DNA of 64,000 bases, taken from assembly GCF_009914755.1 (NCBI RefSeq), contig NC_060925.1; one strand, written 5' to 3'. The notes under the pieces are model-generated. The model was not told the DNA's origin. It was given only the letters and a program-made list of their open reading frames with translations, and searched no databases. The position numbers were made by a program, and so were the translations under genes. Source of the stretch: the human T2T-CHM13v2.0 reference genome, Homo sapiens. Shown one piece after another: positions 12,001 to 25,661 of the stretch (position 1 is the stretch's first letter; every line of letters starts with the position of its first letter).

Positions 12001-13884
12001 ATGGAATTATGATCAAATGGAATCGAATGTAATCATCATCAAATGGAATCAAAAATAACCATCATCAATTGGTATTGAATGGAATTGTCATCAAATGGAA
12101 TTCAAAGGAATCATCATCAAATGGAACCGAATGGAATCCTCATTGAATGGAAATGAAAGGGGTCATCATCTAATGGAATCGCATGGAATCATCATCAAAT
12201 GGAATCGAATGGAATCACCATCAAATGGAATCTAATGGAATCATTGAACAGAATTGAATGGAATCGTCATCGAATGAATTGAATGCAATCATCGAATGGT
12301 CTCGAATGGATTCATCTTCTAATGGAAAGGAATGGAATCATCGCATAGAATCGAATGGAATTATCATCGAATGGAATCGAATGGTATCAACACCAAACGG
12401 AAAAAAACGGAATTATCGAATTGAATCGAAGAGAATCTTCGAACGGACCCGAATGGAATCATCTAATGGAATGGAATGGAATAATCCATGGACTCGAATG
12501 CAATCATCATCGAATGGAATCGAATGGAATCATCGAATGGACTCGAATGGAATAATCATTGAACGGAATCGATTGGAATCATCATCGGATGGAAACGAAT
12601 GGAATCATCATCGAATGGAAATGAAAGGAGTCATCATCTAATGGAATTGCATGGAATCATCATAAAATGGAATCGAATGGAATCAACATCAAATGGAATC
12701 AAATGGAATCATTGAACGGAATTGAATGGAATCGTCATCGAATGAATTGACTGCAATCATCCAATGGTCTCGAATGGAATCATCTTCAAATGGAATGGAA
12801 TGGAATCATCGCATAGAATCGAATGGAATTATCATCGAATGGAATCGAATGGAATCAACATCCAACGGAAAAAAACGGAATTATCGAATGGAATCGAAGA
12901 GAATCATCGAATGGACCCGAATGGAATCATGTAATGGAATGGAATGGAATAATCCATGGACTCGAATGCAATCATCATCGAATGGAATCGAATGGAATCA
13001 TCGAATGGACTCGAATGGAATAATCATTGAACGGAATCGAATGGAATCATCATCGGATGGAAATGAATGGAATCATCATCGAATGGAATCGAATAGAATT
13101 ATGGAATGAAATCCAGTGTGATCATCATCGAATGGACCCGAATGGAATCATCATCCAACGGAAGCTAATGGAATCAACATCGAATGAATCAAATGGAAAC
13201 ACCATCGAATTGAAACGAATGGAATTATCATGAAATTGAAATGGATGGACTCATCATCGAATGGATTCGAATGGAATCATCGAATAAAATTGATTGAAAT
13301 CATCATCGAATGGAATCGAATGGTATCATTGAATGGAATCGAATGGAATCATCATCAGATGGAAATGAATGGAATCGTCATAGAATGGAATCGAATGGAT
13401 TCATTGAATGGAATCAGATGGAATCATCGAATGGACTGGAATGGAATCATTGAATGGACTCGAAAGGGATCATTATTGAATGGAATTGAATGGAATCATC
13501 GAATGGTCTCGATTGGAATCATTATCAAATGGAATCGAATGGAATCACCGAATAGAATCGAATGGAACAATCATCGAATGGACTCAAATGGAATTATCCT
13601 CAAATGGAATCGAATGGAATTATCGAATGCAATCGAATGGAATTATCGAATGCAATCGAATAGAATCATCGAATGGACTCGAATGGAATCATCGAATGGA
13701 ATGGAATGGAACAGTCAATGAACTCGAATGGAATCATCATTGAATGGAATCGAATGGAATCATCGAGTGGAATCGAATGGAATTATGATCAAATGGAATC
13801 GAATGTAATCATCATCAAATGGAATCAAAAATAACCATCATCAATTGGTATTGAATGGAATTGTCATCAAATGGAATTCAAAGA

Positions 13885-16800
13885 AATCATCATCAAATGG
13901 AACCGAATGGAATCCTCATTGAATGGAAATGAAAGGGGTCATCATCTAATGGAATCGCATGGAATCATCATCAAATGGAATCGAATGGAATCATCATCAA
14001 ATGGAATCTAATGGAATCATTGAACAGAATTGAATGGAATCGTCATCGAATGAATTGAATGCAATCATCGAATGGTCTCGAATGGAATCATCTTCTAATG
14101 GAAAGGAATGGAATCATCGCATAGAATCGAATGGAATTATCATCGAATGGAATCGAATGGTATCAACACCAAACGGAAAAAAACGGAATTATCAAATGGA
14201 ATCGAAGAGAATCTTCGAACGGACCCGAATGGAATCATCTAATGGAATGGAATGGAATAATCCATGGACTCGAATGCAATCATCATCGAATGGAATCGAA
14301 TGGAATCATCGAATGGACTCGAATGGAATAATCATTGAACGGAATCGAATGGAATCATCATCGGATGGAAACGAATGGAATCATCATCGAATGGAAATGA
14401 AAGGAGTCATCATCTAATGGAATTGCATGGAATCATCATAAAATGGAATCGAATGGAATCAACATCAAATGGAATCAAATGGAATCATTGAACGGAATTG
14501 AATGGAATCATCATCGAATGAATTGACTGCAATCACCCAATGGTCTCGAATGGAATCATCTTCAAATGGAATGGAATGGAATCATCGCATAGAATCGAAT
14601 GGAATTATCATCGAATGGAATCGAATGGAATCAACATCAAACGGAAAAAAACGGAATTATCGAATGGAATCGAAGAGAATCATCGAATGGACCCGAATGG
14701 AATCATCTAATGGAATGGAATGGAATAATCCATGGACTCGAATGCAATCATCATCGAATGGAATCGAATGGAATCATCGAATGGACTCGAATGGAATAAT
14801 CATTGAACGGAATCGAATGGAATCATCATCGGATGGAAATGAATGGAATCATCATCGAATGGAATCGAATAGAATTATGGAATGAAATCCAGTGTGATCA
14901 TCATCGAATGGACCCGAATGGAATCATCATCCAACGGAAGCTAATGGAATCAACATCGAATGAATCAAATGGAAACACCATCGAATTGAAACGAATGGAA
15001 TTATCATGAAATTGAAATGGATGGACTCATCATCGAATGGATTCGAATGGAATCATCGAATAAAATTGATTGAAATCATCATCGAATGGAATCGAATGGT
15101 ATCATTGAATGGAATCGAATGGAATCATCATCAGATGGAAATGAATGGAATCGTCATAGAATGGAATCGAATGGATTCATTGAATGGAATCAGATGGAAT
15201 CATCGAATGGACTGGAATGGAATCATTGAATGGACTCGAAAGGGATCATGATTGAATGGAATTGAATGGAATCATCGAATGGTCTCGATTGGAATCATTA
15301 TCAAATGGAATCGAATGGAATCACCGAATAGAATCGAATGGAACAATCATCGAATGGACTCAAATGGAATTATCCTCCAATGGAATGGAATGGAATTATC
15401 GAATGCAATCGAATGGAATTATCGAATGCAATCGAATAGAATCATTGAATGGACTCGAATGGAATCATCGAATGGAATGGAATGGAACAGTCAATGAACT
15501 CGAATGGAATCATCATTGAATGGAATCGAATGGAATCATCGAGTGGAATCGAATGGAATTATGATCAAATGGAATCGAATGTAATCATCATCAAATGGAA
15601 TCAAAAATAACCATCATCAATTGGTATTGAATGGAATTGTCATCAAATGGAATTCAAAGGAATCATCATCAAATGGAACCGAATGGAATCCTCATTGAAT
15701 GGAAATGAAAGGGGTCATCATCTAATGGAATCGCATGGAATCATCATCAAATGGAATCGAATGGAATCATCATCAAATGGAATCTAATGGAATCATTGAA
15801 CAGAATTGAATGGAATCGTCATCGAATGAATTGAATGCAATCATCGAATGGTCTCGAATGGAATCATCTTCTAATGGAAAGGAATGGAATCATCGCATAG
15901 AATCGAATGGAATTATCATCGAATGGAATCGAATGGTATCAACACCAAACGGAAAAAAACGGAATTATCAAATGGAATCGAAGAGAATCTTCGAACGGAC
16001 CCGAATGGAATCATCTAATGGAATGGAATGGAATAATCCATGGACTCGAATGCAATCATCATCGAATGGAATCGAATGGAATCATCGAATGGACTCGAAT
16101 GGAATAATCATTGAACGGAATCGAATGGAATCATCATCGGATGGAAACGAATGGAATCATCATCGAATGGAAATGAAAGGAGTCATCATCTAATGGAATT
16201 GCATGGAATCATCATAAAATGGAATCGAATGGAATCAACATCAAATGGAATCAAATGGAATCATTGAACGGAATTGAATGGAATCATCATCGAATGAATT
16301 GACTGCAATCACCCAATGGTCTCGAATGGAATCATCTTCAAATGGAATGGAATGGAATCATCGCATAGAATCGAATGGAATTATCATCGAATGGAATCGA
16401 ATGGAATCAACATCAAACGGAAAAAAACGGAATTATCGAATGGAATCGAAGAGAATCATCGAATGGACCCGAATGGAATCATCTAATGGAATGGAATGGA
16501 ATAATCCATGGACTCGAATGCAATCATCATCGAATGGAATCGAATGGAATCATCGAATGGACTCGAATGGAATAATCATTGAACGGAATCGAATGGAATC
16601 ATCATCGGATGGAAATGAATGGAATCATCATCGAATGGAATCGAATAGAATTATGGAATGAAATCCAGTGTGATCATCATCGAATGGACCCGAATGGAAT
16701 CATCATCCAACGGAAGCTAATGGAATCAACATCGAATGAATCAAATGGAAACACCATCGAATTGAAACGAATGGAATTATCATGAAATTGAAATGGATGG

Positions 16801-17638
16801 ACTCATCATCGAATGGATTCGAATGGAATCATCGAATAAAATTGATTGAAATCATCATCGAATGGAATCGAATGGTATCATTGAATGGAATCGAATGGAA
16901 TCATCATCAGATGGAAATGAATGGAATCGTCATAGAATGGAATCGAATGGATTCATTGAATGGAATCAGATGGAATCATCGAATGGACTGGAATGGAATC
17001 ATTGAATGGACTCGAAAGGGATCATGATTGAATGGAATTGAATGGAATCATCGAATGGTCTCGATTGGAATCATTATCAAATGGAATCGAATGGAATCAC
17101 CGAATAGAATCGAATGGAACAATCATCGAATGGACTCAAATGGAATTATCCTCCAATGGAATGGAATGGAATTATCGAATGCAATCGAATGGAATTATCG
17201 AATGCAATCGAATAGAATCATTGAATGGACTCGAATGGAATCATCGAATGGAATGGAATGGAACAGTCAATGAACTCGAATGGAATCATCATTGAATGGA
17301 ATCGAATGGAATCATCGAGTGGAATCGAATGGAATTATGATCAAATGGAATCGAATGTAATCATCATCAAATGGAATCAAAAATAACCATCATCAATTGG
17401 TATTGAATGGAATTGTCATCAAATGGAATTCAAAGGAATCATCATCAAATGGAACCGAATGGAATCCTCATTGAATGGAAATGAAAGGGGTCATCATCTA
17501 ATGGAATCGCATGGAATCATCATCAAATGGAATCGAATGGAATCATCATCAAATGGAATCTAATGGAATCATTGAACAGAATTGAATGGAATCGTCATCG
17601 AATGAATTGAATGCAATCATCGAATGGTCTCGAATGGA
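13885..17638 (+). repeat. Recent single-unit (1776-bp) tandem duplication
   Basis: Rare variants are paired at +1776: 14194/15970, 14510/16286, 14536/16312, 15446/17222. Confidence 0.85.
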
Positions 17639-20600
17639 TTCATCTTCTAATGGAAAGGAATGGAATCATCGCATAGAATCGAATGGAATTATCATCGAAT
17701 GGAATCGAATGGTATCAACACCAAACGGAAAAAAACGGAATTATCGAATGGAATCGAAGAGAATCTTCGAACGGACCCGAATGGAATCATCTAATGGAAT
17801 GGAATGGAATAATCCATGGACTCGAATGCAATCATCATCGAATGGAATCGAATGGAATCATCGAATGGACTCGAATGGAATAATCATTGAACGGAATCGA
17901 TTGGAATCATCATCGGATGGAAACGAATGGAATCATCATCGAATGGAAATGAAAGGAGTCATCATCTAATGGAATTGCATGGAATCATCATAAAATGGAA
18001 TCGAATGGAATCAACATCAAATGGAATCAAATGGAATCATTGAACGGAATTGAATGGAATCGTCATCGAATGAATTGACTGCAATCATCCAATGGTCTCG
18101 AATGGAATCATCTTCAAATGGAATGGAATGGAATCATCGCATAGAATCGAATGGAATTATCATCGAATGGAATCGAATGGAATCAACATCCAACGGAAAA
18201 AAACGGAATTATCGAATGGAATCGAAGAGAATCATCGAATGGACCCGAATGGAATCATGTAATGAAATGGAATGGAATAATCCATGGACTCGAATGCAAT
18301 CATCATCGAATGGAATCGAATGGAATCATCGAATGGACTCGAATGGAATAATCATTGAACGGAATCGAATGGAATCATCATCGGATGGAAATGAATGGAA
18401 TCATCATCGAATGGAATCGAATAGAATTATGGAATGAAATCCAGTGTGATCATCATCGAATGGACCCGAATGGAATCATCATCCAACGGAAGCTAATGGA
18501 ATCAACATCGAATGAATCAAATGGAAACACCATCGAATTGAAACGAATGGAATTATCATGAAATTGAAATGGATGGACTCATCATCGAATGGATTCGAAT
18601 GGAATCATCGAATAAAATTGATTGAAATCATCATCGAATGGAATCGAATGGTATCATTGAATGGAATCGAATGGAATCATCATCAGATGGAAATGAATGG
18701 AATCGTCATAGAATGGAATCGAATGGATTCATTGAATGGAATCAGATGGAATCATCGAATGGACTGGAATGGAATCATTGAATGGACTCGAAAGGGATCA
18801 TGATTGAATGGAATTGAATGGAATCATCGAATGGTCTCGATTGGAATCATTATCAAATGGAATCGAATGGAATCACCGAATAGAATCGAATGGAACAATC
18901 ATCGAATGGACTCAAATGGAATTATCCTCAAATGGAATCGAATGGAATTATCGAATGCAATCGAATGGAATTATCGAATGCAATCGAATAGAATCATCGA
19001 ATGGACTCGAATGGAATCATCGAATGGAATGGAATGGAACAGTCAATGAACTCGAATGGAATCATCATTGAATGGAATCGAATGGAATCATCGAGTGGAA
19101 TCGAATGGAATTATGATCAAATGGAATCGAATGTAATCATCATCAAATGGAATCAAAAATAACCATCATCAATTGGTATTGAATGGAATTGTCATCAAAT
19201 GGAATTCAAAGGAATCATCATCAAATGGAACCGAATGGAATCCTCATTGAATGGAAATGAAAGGGGTCATCATCTAATGGAATCGCATGGAATCATCATA
19301 AAATGGAATCGAATGGAATCAACATCAAATGGAATCAAATGGAATCATTGAACGGAATTGAATGGAATCGTCATCGAATGAATTGGATGCAATCATCGAA
19401 TGGTCTCGAATGGAATCTTCTTCAAATGGAATGGAATGGAATCATCGCATAGAATCGAATGGAATTATCATCGAATGGAATCGAATGGAATCAACATCAA
19501 ACGGAAAAAAACGGAATTATCGAATGGAACCGAAGAGAATCATCGAATGGACCCGAATGGAATCATCTAATAGAATGGAATGGAATAATCCATGGACTCG
19601 AATGCAATCATCATCGAATGGAATCGAATGGAATCATCGAATGGACTCGAATGGAATAATCATTGAACGGAATCGATTGGAATCATCATCGGATGGAAAC
19701 GAATGGAATCATCATCGAATGGAAATGAAAGGAGTCATCATCTAATGGAATTGCATGGAATCATCATAAAATGGAATCGAATGGAATCAACATCAAATGG
19801 AATCAAATGGAATCATTGAACGGAATTGAATGGAATCGTCATCGAATGAATTGACTGCAATCATCGAATGGTCTCGAATGGAATCATCTTCAAATGGAAT
19901 GGAATGGAATCATCGCATAGAAGCGAATGGAATTATCATCGAATGGAATCGAATGGAATCAACATCCAACGGAAAAAAACGGAATTATCGAATGGAATCG
20001 AAGAGAATCATCGAATGGACCCGAATGGAATCATCTAATGGAATGGAATGGAATAATCCATGGACTCGAATGCAATCATCATCGAATGGAATCGAATGGA
20101 ATCATCGAATGGACTCGAATGGAATAATCATTGAACGGAATCGAATGGAATCATCATCGGATGGAAATGAATGGAATCATCATCGAATGGAATCGAATAG
20201 AATTATGGAATGAAATCCAGTGTGATCATCATCGAATGGACCCGAATGGAATCATCATCCAACGGAAGCTAATGGAATCAACATCGAATGAATCAAATGG
20301 AAACACCATCGAATTGAAACGAATGGAATTATCATGAAATTCAAATGGATGGACTCATCATCGAATGGATTCGAAAGGAATCATCGAATAAAATTGATTG
20401 AAATCATCATCGAATGGAATCGAATGGTATCATTGAATGGAATCGAATGGAATCATCATCAGATGGAAATGAATGGAATCGTCATAGAATGGAATCGAAT
20501 GGATTCATTGAATGGAATCAGATGGAATCATCGAATGGACTGGAATGGAATCATTGAATGGACTCGAAAGGGATCATGATTGAATGGAATTGAATGGAAT

Positions 20601-23600
20601 CATCGAATGGTCTCGATTGGAATCATTATCAAATGGAATCGAATGGAATCACCGAATAGAATCGAATGGAACAATCATCGAATGGACTCAAATGGAATTA
20701 TCCTCCAATGGAATGGAATGGAATTATCGAATGCAATCGAATGGAATTATCGAATGCAATCGAATAGAATCATCGAATGGACTCGAATGGAATCATCGAA
20801 TGGAATGGAATGGAACAGTCAATGAACTCGAATGGAATCATCATTGAATGGAATCGAATGGAATCATCGAGTGGAATCGAATGGAATTATGATCAAATGG
20901 AATCGAATGTAATCATCATCAAATGGAATCAAAAATAACCATCATCAATTGGTATTGAATGGAATTGTCATCAAATGGAATTCAAAGGAATCAATATCAA
21001 ATGGAACCGAATGGAATCCTCATTGAATGGAAATGAAAGGGGTCATCATCTAATGGAATCGCATGGAATCATCATCAAATGGAATCGAATGGAATCATCA
21101 TCAAATGGAATCTAATGGAATCATTGAACAGAATTGAATGGAATCGTCATCGAATGAATTGAATGCAATCATCGAATGGTCTCGAATGGAATCATCTTCT
21201 AATGGAAAGGAATGGAATCATCGCATAGAATCGAATGGAATTATCATCGAATGGAATCGAATGGTATCAACACCAAACGGAAAAAAACGGAATTATCGAA
21301 TGGAATCGAAGAGAATCTTCGAACGGACCCGAATGGAATCATCTAATGGAATGGAATGGAATAATCCATGGACTCGAATGCAATCATCATCGAATGGAAT
21401 CGAATGGAGTCATCGAATGGACTCGAATGGAATAATCATTGAACGGAATCGAATGGAATCATCATCGGATGGAAACGAATGGAATCATCATCGAATGGAA
21501 ATGAAAGGAGTCATCATCTAATGGAATTGCATGGAATCATCATAAAATGGAATCGAATGGAATCAACATCAAATGGAATCAAATGGAATCATTGAACGGA
21601 ATTGAATGGAATCGTCATCGAATGAATTGACTGCAATCATCCAATGGTCTCGAATGGAATCATCTTCAAATGGAATGGAATGGAATCATCGCATAGAATC
21701 GAATGGAATTATCATCGAATGGAATCGAATGGAATCAACATCCAACGGAAAAAAACGGAATTATCGAATGGAATCGAAGAGAATCATCGAATGGACCCGA
21801 ATGGAATCATCTAATGGAATGGAATGGAATAATCCATGGACTCGAATGCAATCATCATCGAATGGAATCGAATGGAATCATCGAATGGACTCGAATGGAA
21901 TAATCATTGAACGGAATCGAATGGAATCATCATCGGATGGAAATGAATGGAATCATCATCGAATGGAATCGAATAGAATTATGGAATGAAATCCAGTGTG
22001 ATCATCATCGAATGGACCCGAATGGAATCATCATCCAACGGAAGCTAATGGAATCAACATCGAATGAATCGAATGGAAACACCATCGAATTGAAACGAAT
22101 GGAATTATCATGAAATTGAAATGGATGGACACATCATCGAATGGATTCGAATGGAATCATCGAATAAAATTGATTGAAATCATCATCAAATGGAATCGAA
22201 TGGTATCATTGAATGGAATCGAATGGAATCATCATCAGATGGAAATGAATGGAATCGTCATAGAATGGAATCGAATGGATTCATTGAATGGAATCAGATG
22301 GAATCATCGAATGGACTGGAATGAAATCATTGAATGGACTCGAAAGGGATCATTATTGAATGGAATTGAATGGAATCATCGAATGGTCTCGATTGGAATC
22401 ATTATCAAATGGAATCGAATGGAATCACCGAATAGAATCGAATGGAACAATCATTGAATGGACTCAAATGGAATTATCCTCAAATGGAATCGAATGGAAT
22501 TATCGAATGCAATCGAATGGAATTATCGAATGCAATCGAATAGAATCATCGAATGGACTCGAATGGAATCATCGAATGGAATGGAATGGAACAGTCAATG
22601 AACTCGAATGGAATCATCATTGAATGGAATCGAATGGAATCATCGAGTGGAATCGAATGGAATTATGATCAAATGGAATCGAATGTAATCATCATCAAAT
22701 GGAATCAAAAATAACCATCATCAATTGGTATTGAATGGAATTGTCATCAAATGGAATTCAAAGGAATCATCATCAAATGGAACCGAATGGAATCCTCATT
22801 GAATGGAAATGAAAGGGGTCATCATCTAATGGAATCGCATGGAATCATCATCAAATGGAATCGAATGGAATCATCATCAAATGGAATCTAATGGAATCAT
22901 TGAACAGAATTGAATGGAATCGTCATCGAATGAATTGAATGCAATCATCGAATGGTCTCGAATGGAATCATCTTCTAATGGAAAGGAATGGAATCATCGC
23001 ATAGAATCGAATGGAATTATCATCGAATGGAATCGAATGGTATCAACACCAAACGGAAAAAAACGGAATTATCGAATGGAATCGAAGAGAATCTTCGAAC
23101 GGACCCGAATGGAATCATCTAATGGAATGGAATGGAATAATCCATGGACTCGAATGCAATCATCATCGAATGGAATGGAATGGAATCATCGAATGGACTC
23201 GAATGGAATAATCATTGAACGGAATCGAATGGAATCATCATCGGATGGAAACGAATGGAATCATCATCGAATGGAAATGAAAGGAGTCATCATCTAATGG
23301 AATTGTATGGAATCATCATAAAATGGAATCGAATGGAATCAACATCAAATGGAATCAAATGGAAAAATTGAACAGAATTGAATGGAATCGTCATCGAATG
23401 AATTGACTGCAATCATCCAATGGTCTCGAATGGAATCATCTTCAAATGGAATGGAATGGAATCATCGCATAGAATCGAATGGAATTATCATCGAATGGAA
23501 TCGAATGGAATCAACATCCAACGGAAAAAAACGGAATTATCGAATGGAATCGAAGAGAATCATCGAATGGACCCGAATGGAATCATGTATAGGAATGGAA

Positions 23601-25661
23601 TGGAATAATCCATGGACTCGAATGCAATCATCATCGAATGGAATCGAATGGAATCATCGAATGGACTCGAATGGTATAATCATTGAACGGAATCGAATGG
23701 AATCATCATCGGATGGAAATGAATGGAATCATCATCGAATGGAATCGAATAGAATTATGGAATGAAATCCAGTGTGATCATCATCGAATGGACCCGAATG
23801 GAATCATCATCCAACGGAAGCTAATGGAATCAACATCGAATGAATCAAATGGAAACACCATCGAATTGAAACGAATGGAATTATCATGAAATTGAAATGG
23901 ATGGACTCATCATCGAATGGATTCGAATGGAATCATCGAATAAAATTGATTGAAATCATCATCGAATGGAATCGAATGGTATCATTGAATGGAATCGAAT
24001 GGAATCATCATCAGATGGAAATGAATGGAATCGTCATAGAATGGAATCGAATGGATTCATTGAATGGAATCAGATGGAATCATCGAATGGACTGGAATGG
24101 AATCATTGAATGGACTCGAAAGGGATCATGATTGAATGGAATTGAATGGAATCATCGAATGGTCTCGATTGGAATCATTATCAAATGGAATCGAATGGAA
24201 TCACCGAATAGAATCGAATGGAACAATCATCGAATGGACTCAAATGGAATTATCCTCAAATGGAATCGAATGGAATTATCGAATGCAATCGAATGGAATT
24301 ATCGAATGCAATCGAATAGAATCATCGAATGGACTCGAATGGAATCATCGAATGGAATGGAATGGAACAGTCAATGAACTCGAATGGAATCATCATTGAA
24401 TGGAATCGAATGGAATCATCGAGTGGAATCGAATGGAATTATGATCAAATGGAATCGAATGTAATCATCATCAAATGGAATCAAAAATAACCATCATCAA
24501 TTGGTATTGAATGGAATTGTCATCAAATGGAATTCAAAGGAATCATCATCAAATGGAACCGAATGGAATCCTCATTGAATGGAAATGAAAGGGGTCATCA
24601 TCTTATGGAATCGCATGGAATCATCATCAAATGGAATCGAATGGAATCATCATCAAATGGAATCTAATGGAATCATTGAACAGAATTGAATGGAATCGTC
24701 ATCGAATGAATTGAATGCAATCATCGAATGGTCTCGAATGGAATCATCTTCTAATGGAAAGGAATGGAATCATCGCATAGAATCGAATGGAATTATCATC
24801 GAATGGAATCGAATGGTATCAACACCAAACGGAAAAAAACGGAATTATCGAATGGAATCGAAGAGAATCTTCGAACGGACCCGAATGGAATCATCTAATG
24901 GAATGGAATGGAATAATCCATGGACTCGAATGCAATCATCATCGAATGGAATCGAATGGAATCATCGAATGGACTCGAATGGAATAATCATTGAAAGGAA
25001 TCGAATGGAATCATCATCGGATGGAAACGAATGGAATCATCATCGAATGGAAATGAAAGGAGTCATCATCTAATGCAATTGCATGGAATCATCATCAAAT
25101 GGAATCGAATGGAATCAACATCAAATGGAATCTAATGGAATCATTGAAGAGAATTGAATGGAATCGTCATCGAATGAATTGACTGCAATCATCGAATGGT
25201 CTCGAATGGAATCATCTTCAAATGGAATGGAATGGAATCATCGCATAGAATCGAATGGAATTATCATCGAATGGAATCGAATGGAATCAACATCAAACGG
25301 AAAAAAACGGAATTATCGAATGGAATCGAAGAGAATCATCGAATGGACCCGAATGGAATCATCTAATGGAATGGAATGGAATAATCCATGGACTCGAATG
25401 CAATCATCATCGAATGGAATCGAATGGAATCATCGAGTGGACTCGAATGGAATAATCATTGAACGGAATCGAATGGAATCATCATCGGATGGAAATGAAT
25501 GGAATCATCATCGAATGGAATCGAATAGAATTATGGAATTAAATCCAGTGTGATCATCATCGAATGGACCCGAATGGAATCATCATCCAACGGAAGCAAA
25601 TGGAATCAACATCGAATGAATCAAATGGAAACACCATCGAATTGAAACGAATGGAATTATC

